DNA of 64,000 nucleotides from contig MU053911.1 of assembly GCA_013239625.1 (NCBI GenBank), positions 60,697-124,696 on the forward strand, written 5' to 3'. The position numbers and the translations under genes were made by a program. This stretch comes from Lama guanicoe (Eukaryota). Positions 23,595-35,812 of the stretch are shown here, piece by piece (positions within the stretch are counted from its first letter, which is position 1; the number at the start of each line of letters is the position of its first letter). The notes beneath the pieces are model-generated. The model saw only the letters and a list, made by a program, of their open reading frames with translations, did not search any database and was not told the origin of the DNA.

Positions 23595-26500
23595 CTTTAT
23601 TTTTTAGGGCAGCTTTACATTTATAGAAAAATTGAGCAGAAAGTACAGAGTTTCCATATGCTCACTCTCTTCCCCATTCCTTGCACAGTTTCCTCAATTA
23701 TTAAATTTTGCATTAGTGTGGTGCATTGTTTAAAGTGGATGAACCAGTATTGATACATTATTATTAACTCAAGTCCATAGTTTACCTCGGTTTCAGTCTT
23801 TGTGTCATGCAGTTCTGTGGTTTATGACAAATGCATAATGTTATGTATCCACCGTTAAAATGTCACACAGAAGAGTTTCATGCCCTGAAGATCCCACATT
23901 CACCTGTTCATCTCTCTCTCTCTACCCACTGGAATCCCTGCCAGCCACTAATCTTTTTGTCGTCTTTAGAATATTGCCTTTTCAAGAATGTCCTCTGTTT
24001 TAAATCATATAGTCTTTCTTTTACTTATCGATATGCAGTTAAGATTCCTCTGTCTTTTCATGGTTTTATAACTCATTTATTTTTATTGTGTGAATCTATG
24101 TATGGATGTACATGTTTGTTTATCCATTCGTCTATTGAAGGACATCTTGGCTGTGTCTAAGATTTGGCAATTATGAATAAAGCTGCTATAAACAAAATTC
24201 TTTATGTGGAGAGACATTTTTTAACTCATTTGGGTAAATACCAAGGAGCATGATTGCTGGATCATATAGTAAAAATATGTTTAGCTGCCAAACTGTCTTG
24301 TACAGAGATTGCATCATTTTTGCATTTCTGCTAGCAATGAGCATGAGAATTTTTGGTGCTCCACATCTTTGTCAGCATTTGGCGTTGTCAGAATTTTGGA
24401 TTTTAGCCATTCTAGAAAGTGTTTAGTGTTATCTCATATTTTATTTTATTTTATTGTTTTATTTTACTCGATGTTTTAATTTGTGATTCCCTAATGCTAT
24501 ATGACGTTGAACATCTTTCCATGTGTTTATTTGCCATCTATATATCTTCGGTGAAGTATTCAGATCTTTTACTCACCTTTTTAAAGGGGTCATTTGCTTT
24601 CTTATTGTTGAATTTTAAGAGTTCTTTGTATATCTTGGACGTAAATTCTTTGTCAGATATGTGTTTTGCAAAGATTTTTTTCAGTCCATGGTTTGTATTT
24701 TCATTCTCTTAACGTATCTTTTGCAGAGCAGAAGTTTTAAATTTTAATGAAGGTGAACATTTTTATTTCATGGGTGATGCCTTTGATGTTATGCCTAAAA
24801 GTCATCTTCAAACCCAGTGTAACTGAGATTTTTTTCCTATATTATTTTCTAGAAATTTTGTTTTGCCTTTTATATTTAAATCTGTGATTCATTTTGAATT
24901 AGTTTTTGTGTGGTGTTAAGGTCTGTGCCTAAATTATTTTTTGCATATGGATGTACAGTTTTCCCAGCACCATTTGGCAAAAAGACAAACCTTTCTCCAT
25001 TGAGTTACCTTCATTCCTTTGCCAAAAATCAATTGACTATATTTGTGTGGGTCTGTTTCTGGGATCTCTGTTCTGTTCGATGGATTTGTTTGTTCTTTGC
25101 CAATACCAGCCTGTCTTGATGACTATAGCTTTATAGTAAGTCTTGAAGTTGGATAGTGTCAGTCCTCCAACTTTGTTCTTCTTCAGTATTTTATTGGCTT
25201 CTTTGGATCTGTTTCCTTTCTGTATAAAGCTTATAATAAGTCTGTTGATATCCACAGAATAGCTTGCTAGATTTTTGATTGGGATTGCATTACATCTACA
25301 GATCAAATTGGTGAAAACTGATGTCTTAACAGTAGTGAGTCTTCCTAACCATGGACATGGATTATCTCTCCATTTATGTATTTTTTTTTGCATTTCTCTC
25401 ATCACATTGTTGTACTTTTCCTTATAGAGATTTTGTACACATATATTTAGATTAATACCTAAGTATTGAGGTTTTGGTACTAATGTAACTCGTGTGTTTG
25501 TAATTTCAAGTTCTACTTGTTTATTGCTGGTATATAAGAAAGCAGTTGCAATTCACCTCTGTGTATTACTCGTGTATGCTGTAATCTTTCTGTAATCACT
25601 TAATACTTTCAGGAGGTTTTTGGTGATTCTTTGGGATTTTCTGTACAATCATCCATTGTAGAAGAAGATAACTTCTTCATTTTCAATCTTTACTTTTTAT
25701 TTTCTTATACTGTTGTGGTAGTTAGGACTTCTAGCGTGATGTTGAATAGGAGTGGTGAGAGGGAACACCCTTGTCTTGTTCCTGACGTAGGAGGAAAGCG
25801 TTTGGTTTCTTGCCAGTAAGTATGGTGTTAGCTATAGGTCTTTTGTTTGGTTTCCTATATCAAGTTGAGGATATTTGCTTCTATTTCTAGTTTGCAAAGA
25901 GTTTTTGTCATGACTGAGTGTTAGATTTTGTGGAATGTTTTTTTCTGCATCTTTTGACATGATCATATGATATTTCTTCTCTGGACTATTGATATGATAG
26001 ATTATATTAGCTGATTTTCAGATAGCGACCCAGTCTTGCATACTTGGGAAAAATCTCACCTGATAGTAGTGTACAATTTTTCCCTTACCTTGTTGGATTA
26101 GATTTGCTGTCTTTTGGGGGATTTTTGCATCTGTTTTCATAAGCAATATTGGTGTGCAGTTATCCTTGTTTGGTAATGTCTTTGATCTTAATATTAGAGT
26201 GATGCTGGTATCATAAAATGAGTTAGGAAGTCTCTCTTTTGCTTCTGTCATCTGGAGTAGACTGCAGATAATTGGTATGATTTTCCTTATGGGTTTGGTA
26301 GAATTTGCCAGTGAAATCAGTCCTGGTGCGTTCTGTTTTAGAAGGGTATCAATTATTGATCCATTTCTTTAAGATATAAGATACATATTCTATTCAGAAT
26401 ATCTATTTCTCCTTGTGTGAGTTTTGCTAGATTGCATCTTTCAAAGAATTAGTCTATTTCATCTAAATTATCAAATCTGTTGGCATAAGTTTAGGCTAGA

Positions 26501-28235
26501 ACCGTATTCATTTTCTCGATTTTTTTTTGAATAAGCAGCTTTTGGTTTATTTGATTTTCTGTAATGATTTCCTATTTTCATTTTCATTGATATCAGCTCT
26601 AATTTTTATTATTTCTTTTCTTCTACTTACTTTGGATTTAATTTGATCTTTTTTTTCCTAGTTTCCTAAGGTGAAAGCTTAGATTATTGATTTAATATCT
26701 TTCTTCTGTTGTAATATATTTATTAAATTCTATATATTTCCCTTCCATTGCAGTTCACAAAATTTGATTTTACATTTTCACTTTACTTTAGTTCAAAATG
26801 TATTTTAGTTTTTCCAAGACTTCTTTGTCACATGTGCTGTTTAGTAGTATGTTGTTTAATCTCCAAATATGCAGTGATTTTCAAGCTATCTTTCTGTTAC
26901 AGATTTTAAATTTCATTGTATTGGGGTCTGACAGCAGACATGATATAATTTCTGTTGTTTAAATTTGTTGAGGTGTATTTTATGGCCCAGAATATGGTGT
27001 ATGTTGGTGTATGTACCATGTGACTTTGAGATCAATGTATATTCTACTGTTGTGTGAATTAGTCTGTAGCGTCTATTGTATCCAGCTGAATGTGGTGGTG
27101 TTGAGTTCACTAAGTCCTTACTGATTATCTGCCTACTGTATCTGTCCAGTTCTGGTAGAAGGGTGTTGAAGTCTCCAGTTACAATGGTGTATTCATCTCT
27201 GTCTCCTTGTGGTGCACCAGTTTTGCCTCACTTATTTTGATGCTCTGTAGTCAGACACATACACATCGAGGATTATTACATCTTGTTGCAGAGCTGACTC
27301 ATTTAGCATTAAATGCCCCTCTTTATTCTTAATAACGTTTTTTTGTTCTTAAGTCTTCTCTGTTCAAAATTAATACAGCTGCTCCTGCTTTCTTTTGATT
27401 AATGTTAGCATGGTATATCTTTTTCCTTCCATTCACTTTTAATCCATTTGTGTCTTTATATTTAAAGTTGGTTTCCTAAAAACAGAGTTACCAAATGATC
27501 CAGCAGTCCCACTTCTGAGCATATATCCAGATGGAACTATAATTCACAAAGATACATGCACCCCAGTGTTCATAGCAGCACTGTTTACAGTAGCCAAGAC
27601 ATGGAAGCAACCTAAATGTCCATTGACAGATGGCTGGATAAAGAAGATGTGGTGTATAAACATATATAATGGATTATTACTCAGCCACAAAAATAATGAA
27701 ATAATGCCATTTGCAGCAACATGGATGGGTCTAGAGATTATCATATTAAGTAAGTCAGAGAAAGACAAATATAATATACCACTTTTATGTGGAATCTAGA
27801 AAAAAAATGATACAAATGAACTTATTTACAAATGAGAAATAGACTCACAGACATAGGAAACAAACTATGGTTACCAAAGGGGAAGGGGGTTGGGGGAAGA
27901 GATAAATTAGGAGTTTGGAATCAACATATATACACTACTATGTGTAAAACAAACAACAAGGTCCTTCTGTATAGCACAGGGAACTATATTCAGTGACTTG
28001 TAATAGCTTATAATGAAAGAGAATCTGAAAAAAGAATATATATGCATATGTATAATTGAATCACTTTGCACACCTGAAATTAACACATGTAGCGAGGTCT
28101 TGTTTTTGATCCACTCTGGCAGTCGGTCTTTAAGTTGGTACATTTAGACCCCTGATGCTCAGAGTGATTATTGATATAGTTGGATTAGTGTCTGCTTGTT
28201 AATGTTTTCTGTTTGTTGCCCTTGTTATTTGCTCC
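23595..28235 (-). mobile_element. Old L1M element (3'UTR plus ORF2), interrupted by a sense L1 piece
   Basis: ORF2 fragment KWRDNPCPWLGRLTTVK...GGLTLSNFKTYYKAIVIKTGWYW (25037..25405 -). Confidence 0.85.
27478..28090 (+). mobile_element. L1 3' portion (ORF2 C-terminus plus 3'UTR), sense
   Basis: MFIAALFTVAKTWKQPKCPLTDGWIKKMW...PFAATWMGLEIIILS (27566..27799). Confidence 0.88.
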
Positions 28236-28242
28236 GACTTTT

Positions 28243-28657
28243 TTTTTTACTTTTTTTTTAATTGAAGTATAATCAGTTTATAACATAGTGTCAATTTCTG
28301 GTGTATAGCATAATGATTCAGTCATACATGAATATGCATATATTCATTTTCATATTCTTTTTCACCGTAAGCTACAACAAGATACTGAGTATAGTTCTCT
28401 GTGCTATACAGTATAAACTTGTTTATATATTTTATATATACCAGTCAGTATCTGCAAATCTCAAACTCCCAATTTATCCCTTCCCACCCCTTCGCCTCTG
28501 CCAACCATAAGTTTGTTTTCTATGTCTGTGAGTCTGTTTCTGTTTTATAAATAAGTTCATTTGTCATTTTTTTAAAATAGATTCCACATATGAGTGATAT
28601 CATATGGTATTTTTCTTTCTCTTTCTGGCTTACTTCATTAAGAATGACATTCTCCAG
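28243..28657 (-). mobile_element. 5'-truncated L1 3' end with 15-bp TSD
   Basis: tttgctccgactttt at 28228-28242 versus tttgctccaactttt at 28658-28672 (one CpG-type change). Confidence 0.82.
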
Positions 28658-28714
28658 TTTGCTCCAACTTTTGGTCTGCTCTTTCTCTGCCTTTGGAGGA
28701 TTTAATTGAGCATT

Positions 28715-31540
28715 TTATTTTTTCTCCAACTTTATTGAGATATAGCTGACATATAACATTGTATAAGTGTAAGGTGTACAATATGCTATTTGATGTACTT
28801 ACATATTACAAAATGTTAGCACCGTTGTGTTAGCTAATACCTCTGTCATGTTACATAATTACCATTTTCTTCTTTCTGATAGGAACTTTTAAAATCTATT
28901 CTCTTGGCAACTTTCAAGTATATAATGCAGTATTGTTATCTACAATAGCAATGCTGTGCATTAGGTCCCTAGAACTTACTCATTTTCTAACTGAGTATCA
29001 TATCCCCATATCCTCTACTCCAATCCCTGAGTAACTACCATTCTGTTTTGTTTATATGAGTTCAACTTTATTATATTCAACATATAAATGATATCATACA
29101 GTATTCATTTTTTCATTTCTGACTTATTTCACTTAGCATAATACCCTCAAGATCCATTCATGTTGTGGCAAAAGGCAGCATTTCCCTCTTCTTTATGACT
29201 AAATAATATTCCACTATATACATATATACGTATGTATACATTCATCCATCAGTGGATGGGTTATTTTTAATATGCTAGCATGAGAGTGCAGATACATCTC
29301 ATTGATAACCTGTTTCATTTCCTTTGGATATATGTCCAGAGGTGGGTCATATAATGTCATTTTATTTTTAATTTTTGGAGGACCCTCCATATTGTTTTCC
29401 ATAGTGGCTGCACCAGTTTACATTCCCACCAGCAGTGCATCAGCGGTCTACTTTCTCCACACCCTTGTCAGCACTTGTTATCTCTTGTCTTCTAAGTAAC
29501 AGCCATTCTAATAGGGGTGAGGGGATACCTCACTGTGGTTTTGATTTGCATTTCCCTGGTGATTAGTGTAGTTGAGCACCTTTTCATGTACCTGTTGGTC
29601 ATTTGTGCGCTCTCTTTGGAAAAATGTCCATCCAGGTTCTGTGCCCATTTTGAAATCAGATGATGATGATGATGATTTAACTATGGAGCTGTATGAGTTC
29701 TTTATATAGTTTGGATATTAGCCCCTTGTCATTGAGTGGTTTACAGATACTTTCTCCTGTTCTGTAGGATGCCTTTTCAGTTTGTTGATGGTTTCCTTTT
29801 CTGTGCAGAAACTTTTTAGTCTGATGTAGTCCTACTTTTGTTTTTTTAGTATATATTTCATTGTATTCTTCAACTGTAAAATCTGTTTGGTTCTTTTTAA
29901 TGTTTTCTACCTCTTTGTTGAACAATTGGTCTTGTATTATTTTCCTGATGTCGTTACATTGTTTCTCTTTGTTCTCCTATAGCTCTCTGAGCATCTTCAG
30001 AGGAATTATTTTGCATTCTCTATTGGGCAGTTCCTGTCCCTTCATGTCTTGGGGGCCAGTTACTGGAGGTGGAGTCATGTCTCCCTGATTCCTTATGATC
30101 CCCGTGTCCTTTTGTAGACACCTGCACGTTGGAAGAAGCAGTCATCTCTTGCAGACTTTGTAGAATGACTTCAGTAAGGAAGGATTTTCAGCCACGGAGG
30201 GGAGAGGGGGAATGCCAAGTATGCCATGAGCCCAGGTGTCGTGGTATAGGGGGGCAGGTGTGGGGACAGGAAGTGGACTGGGTCTGGGGGCAATTGACTC
30301 GTCGGCTCAGGCTGTTGCCGTCCACAGTGCGGACAGCTGGGTGGTCCTTTGTGAATGCTGCAGGAGTCTTCAGAAGCTGCAAGGCTGATGGGGTCCTCAG
30401 CATTGTCTTCATGTGGGGCAGCAAGGCCTCGGGCAGGCAGTGGTAGTGGCCTGTGCTGGTGGTACACATGTGCTTGGCTCCGGGCCAGTTGCAAACACAC
30501 ACATAGTGGTGGGGCCCAGGACAGGAAGCAAGGGTGGGGCTAACTGTGGACACATCTTCAGCTCAGAAGCCCTGGCTGTCAGTGTGCATCACTGTGGCTT
30601 CTGGGTCTCTCGCTGCTGGAACACAGCAGTGGAGCTGGTGACAGGCCAGGGGCGTGCTGGGGCATGGTTGGAGAGGCTTGGTGCAGGTGGGGTGAGGGCA
30701 GTGGTGCAGGTCAGAGATAGAAGATGGCCTGATCTGGGCCCACAAGCAGCTGTGGGGAACCTACCGTGGGCGTGCTCTCCTGTGGCTGCACTGTCTCCCT
30801 GTGAGTGTGCAGATGGCAGTGGAGGGTGCTGACGATCGGGGCTGGGAGAGCGCGGGTGTACGGCTGGAGGTGCTGGCCCTGGGTGTGTGCGTGGTGGTGA
30901 GTCCGAGCCCCAGAGGTCTAGGCTGGTGTCTCAGCCACGGAGGCTTCTGCTGGTTCCTGGGCTCCCATGACGGTGGTGGTTGGGGCAGGAAATGGGGAGG
31001 GCCTCAGGCAGCTGGCATCAGTGAGTGCCAGGGGTGAAGCTGGTGAAACCTGCAGGGTGTCCGTGGGGGCTGTGCTCGCCGTCAGTGGTAAAAGCTGCTG
31101 GGCTCCTGAGTGGAGCGGGCTGGGGGCTCTGGTGACTCACGCTCCGCGGCTGATGTGGGTAGCCCTGCTTTCCCGCCTTGTTCCTAGCCGCCTGTGTGGC
31201 TCATCTCTGGGTGGGGTGAGATCCAAGCAGATCCTCTGTGCCGTGTCAGGAAAGGTTAGTTAAGTTGTCGCTTACCGCCCTCTTCCTTCTCGCTTTCTAG
31301 CTGGGCAGTTGCACTGAGCCACGCTGGCTTGGGGGTGGGGTGGCGCAGACACAGTGAAGCGGTTCTTTTCATTTTTGTGCAGTTGTTCTCAGGTTTTTCA
31401 TCCCAGTGCGTTGCTGAAGTTTTTAAAGTGGACTCCAGAGCTGTCCCAGGCAGCTGTTTTGTGGACAGCTGTTTAATTGTTGGTCTCTGTTGGGGAACAG
31501 AGGCTAGGGTCTCTTACTCAGCTGTTTTGGTGACGTCCTT
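28715..31540 (-). mobile_element. L1 with 3'UTR and ORF2 end joined to ORF1 start and a GC-rich 5'UTR (large internal deletion, or two abutting fragments)
   Basis: ORF 29677..29925 - joins ORF1-like FNKEVENIKKNQT to ORF2-end-like DKGLISKLYKELIQL; terminus ...ttttggtgacgtc. Confidence 0.7.
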
Positions 31541-32211
31541 AGATTCTTGGGTACAAGAGTTTTCATACCAGTTTTGTTTGTAATAGTCCCCAAAGTGAAG
31601 GTCTCAAGTATCTGTGAAGAGTAGAGTGGGGACATAGATTGTGGTCTAGTCATATAGGGGACAAGCATGTCATAATGAAAATGTCTGCAGTCCAGCCGCT
31701 GGTGACACTGTTTGTCTTCCAGAGATACTGGTGACTGAATGAAGTCCTAATATATGGAGCATTTTCATTTATAGTAAGTTAAAAGCTAGGAAACTTAACT
31801 GTTTATTAAGGAAATTAATAAAAGTAGAAAAGATACAAAGGTGAGAAGAAAAAAACAGGGTAGTCTGCACCTGTAGGGCGAAATAAAGGGCTATGAATGG
31901 GCAGGCTGCGTACAGAGGCCCTTAGGATCTGGGCAGACCTGGGGGCCAGGAGCCGACCTCGAGTGCTGGTTGTGTGGATGTTTGTGACTGTTCATTAAAC
32001 TATAAATGTATTTTTATATATCATTCAGTAAGTGTGATATAGCTCATGATTATAAAATAAAGAGGAATATTAGGGAATTTGTTTATATTGGGGCTTTTAA
32101 AGAATGAAACAAAGCCTAGAAAGTATAAAAGTAAAAAATCAGTAGATTTGGTTAAGTTCAAAAATTTTGTACAGTAGAAATGTCAGTAAGCAATAGCAGG
32201 CTATTAATCGT

Positions 32212-32954
32212 TTTTTTTTAACAATTTTTATTGATTTATAATCATTTTACAATGTTGTGTCAAATTCCAGTGTAGAGCACAATTTTTCAGTTATGCATGA
32301 ACATATACGTATTCACTGTCACACTTGTATCTCTATGAGCTACCACAAGATCTTGTGTATATTTCCCTGTGCTACACAGTATACTCTTGTTTATCTGTTC
32401 TACGTTTTGAACTCCCAGTCTGTCCCTTCCCACCTCCCGCCCCCTTGGCAACCACAAGTTTGTGTTCTATGTCTATCCGTATATTTCTGTTTTGTATTTA
32501 TGTTTTGTTTGTTTGTTTTTAATTTTAGAGTCCACATATGAGCGATCTCATATGGTATTTGTCTTTCTCTTTCTGGCTTCGCTTAGAATGACATTCTCCA
32601 GGAGCATCCATGTTGCTGCAAATGGCATTATGTTGTTGGTTTTTATGGCTGAGTAGTATTCCATTGTATAACATACCACATCTTTATCCAGTCATCTGTT
32701 GATGGATATTTAGGCTGTTTCCATGTCTTGGCTGTTGTAAATAGTGTTGCTATGAACATTGGGGTGCAGGTGTCATCCTGAAGTAGGGTTCCTTCTGGAT
32801 ATATGCCCAGGAGTGGGATTCCTGGATCATATGGTCAGTCTGTTCGTAGTCTTTTCAGGGATCTCCATACTGTTTTCCACAGTGACTGCACCAAACTACA
32901 TTCCCACCAGCAATGTAGGAGGGTTCCCTTTCCTCCACAGCCTCTCCAGCATTT
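32212..32954 (-). mobile_element. Young 5'-truncated L1 3' end with about 18-bp TSD
   Basis: tagcaggctattaatcgt at 32194-32211 versus tagcagactattaattgt at 32955-32972. Confidence 0.85.
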
Positions 32955-34177
32955 TAGCAGACTATTAATTGTGTTAACACACAACATGCTAGTATTAATT
33001 GGCGCCTACAAATGAGTAATAAAAAGGCAGACAACTCAGGAGAAAAATGGACAAACATATGAAGAAGCATTTTACAGAGGAAGAAATAAAATGTCCAAAA
33101 ACAGATGAAATGATGCTTGACCAAATTGTTGTCAGGGAAATGCAAAGTGAAGTAACAAGAAAGAGTATTTTACTTATGAGAGGTATTGAAGTCAGACACC
33201 AGCAGCAACTGGTGTTGGTGACATGTGGAAAAAAAGGATTCTGTCATACTTTGTGGGTTGAAATGAAAATTGTCCACATGTGTTTGGAGTTCCTCTGGTA
33301 TGATGTACCAGAAATGGAAGAAAGTTATTGGAAACATTCAACAACTCTATTTTTAGTAATTTGCCTTTACAGAGATACTGGCATGAGTGTGTAAGTGATT
33401 TTAATGACCATATAGTATTTAATTTTATGGTTATGCCATAATTTATTTATTATTCTACTGATGTTCATATAGATAACTTCTATATTTCTGTTTCCAGCAA
33501 CAGTACTGCTGGTAGCAAAGTTGTAAGAGTGAAAACAGAAACAACATGGATTTTTAGGACTGGCTAGATGAATGACAGAATCTTACAGCAATGGAATGCT
33601 GTGTAACTTTAAAAAAATAAGATAACCTTATATAAAATGCTTAGAACCATTTTCCTTGATATTTAAAGCGATAAAGCAGGATAAGAGCACTTGAGGTATG
33701 TTTTAGCCCATTTCTGTAATCCCTCTGTGTAACGTGCACCCTAGATGCTGACTGTCTCTTAGGTTTCTTTCCAAGAGGAAAAAAAGTCCATTGGTAAATA
33801 ACACACATTCATTACTAATAATTTTATTAATTTATTAATAAAATACCGAAGCTTTTATAATAGAGAAAAGAGGTCCTGCTCCGTCCACAGAATACAGGAA
33901 ACAGCTCAATCTCCTCTTACCATTCTGGCTGTTTCAGAATGACTCTGTAAGCCACCTGGTTAACCTGAGGTGCTCAGGAAAGGGCCTTTAATGCAACAGT
34001 TCAATGGGTTCTCTGGTCTCTTTTCTTCTGTTTTAAAATTATTCACAGTGAGAACTTGAGGAACAGCAGCTGGACGGTCCCCCACACTGCTGGACCTGGT
34101 AATGGAAGTGGGATGCTCCCACCTGTACATCTTAAGCTGCTGAGTTGAAGTTCCTGAGCTAGTAGAGTTGTAGAAAT

Positions 34178-34507
34178 GGGCTGCCAAACAGATTGCCACA
34201 GGCTGAGTGTATTAAATGACAGAAGTGTATTTCTCACAGTTCTGGAGGCTAAGTTCAAATCAGGGTTCTAGCATGGTCATGTCCTGGGAGAGCCTTCCTC
34301 CTGGTTTGCAGGTGGCCATCTTCCTGCCATGTCCTCGGACAATGAAGAGAGAGCAGAGGAAAGGAAGCAGGCGCTCTCATAGAGTCTGGTGTGGCTCCAT
34401 CCTCAGGGCTTAATTACCTCTCAAAGACCTACTTCCAAGTACCATTGCGTCGGAGGGTAGGGTTTTGATACATGCTTTGAGGGAACACGAACATTCTGTC
34501 CATAGCA
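34178..34507 (-). mobile_element. MLT1 (ERVL-MaLR) solo LTR
   Basis: tatttctcacagttctggaggct...taattacctctcaaag...cattctgtccatagca. Confidence 0.8.
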
Positions 34508-34976
34508 GGACCTTTTCTCCCTCCTTGGAACTGTGTTTTCAAATTCTGACAGCAGTAACGACTGATGTTCTTTGTAATCCTTTACCATATGCAGGGCATA
34601 ATTTTAAATTATGTCCTATGCTATTATCAGATTAACTTTAAAATATTGTTTATTACACCATATCACTTTTTATGCAAGCATTTTTAACTACTCTCTTGCC
34701 TATAAGAGATTCTGGATTTGGTTCTTCTAAAGCTGGCTTCTCCCAGTATACTCTGAATATTTTAGGAGTATTGACCCTCTCAAAGCAGGGCCCCTGGTTT
34801 ACTTAGTTTCTCAATACACTTGATTTATTTGGCACCTTTGATACATGCTGCACATTTCTGCTATCTGCTCTTTTATCTACTTCTCACGTACAGCAATCAG
34901 TTATATCAGCATTTGGGTGTAACTTCAGCCATTTGTGATACCTTTAAATGTTTTCCTTTTTTTTTTTTAACAGTAG

Positions 34977-35052
34977 AAACTGGTAATTCAGTGATTAATC
35001 GGCTTAATGCCATGTTGAGAGTATTTGGAAGACAGGCAAATACATTACAGAG
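34977..35052 (+). CDS. CCDC7: CCDC7 coding exon (76 nt; 79 nt if the upstream CAG acceptor is used, start 34974; phase 1-2): (K)TGNSVINRLNAMLRVFGRQANTLQ
   Basis: Poly-T tract, aacagtag|AAACT...CAGAG|gtaagc; recalled human [25 protein letters not shown]. Confidence 0.87.
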
Positions 35053-35224
35053 GTAAGCTTTTAAAATAATTAATTTTCCTGATTATAAAAATGAGTGCAT
35101 ATTTGTTTTCAAAAACTTGGAAGCATAAGAAAAGAAAACCTGTGTTAAAAAGTTTAGTGTTCTTAATTTTTATGTGTATGATTTTAAACCTTAAAATTAT
35201 AATAATACAGAATGTGAAATTGTA

Positions 35225-35812
35225 TAAGCACAGTGGAAAACAGTATGATATATCCTCAAAAAATATAATCTAGCAATTCCATTTCTGGGCATATGCCCCC
35301 CAAAATGGAAATCAGGGTTTTGATGAGATACTTGTACAGCCATGTTCACTGGAGCATTATTTATGATAGAAAAGAGCTAGAAGCACCCCAGGTGTCCAGC
35401 GATGGATGAACGGATAAAGAAAATGTGATACATGCATGGAATGGAATATTCATTCATTCTTTAAAAAGAAAGAAATTCTGACACATGGTGCAACATGGAT
35501 GAATCTTGAGGACATGGATGCTTGAGTACAATAAGCCAGTCGCAAAGAGACAGAATTGTATAATTTCACTTATGAGGCCTTTAGCGTGGTCAGATTCAAA
35601 GCGACAGAAAGTAGAGTGGTGATTGTCAGTGTCGTGGGGAATGAGGAGCAGGGAGTTATTTACTGGGTGTAGAGTTTCAGTTTTTTTCCAGTATGAAAAG
35701 AGCTCTGGAGACTGTACAACAATATGAATATACTTATGACTACTGAACTGAACACTTAAAATGCTTAATACGGTAAATTTTATGTTATTTGTACTTTACC
35801 ACAATTTTTAAA
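35225..35812 (+). mobile_element. L1MB-type 3' end
   Basis: gcaattccatttctgggcatatgccc...ggtaaattttatgttatttgtactttaccacaattttt. Confidence 0.8.

Noticed and set aside
30129..31583. Dense overlapping ORFs of up to 139 aa on both strands
   Set aside because: They lie in a GC-rich L1 5'UTR relic where stop codons are rare; no recognisable protein
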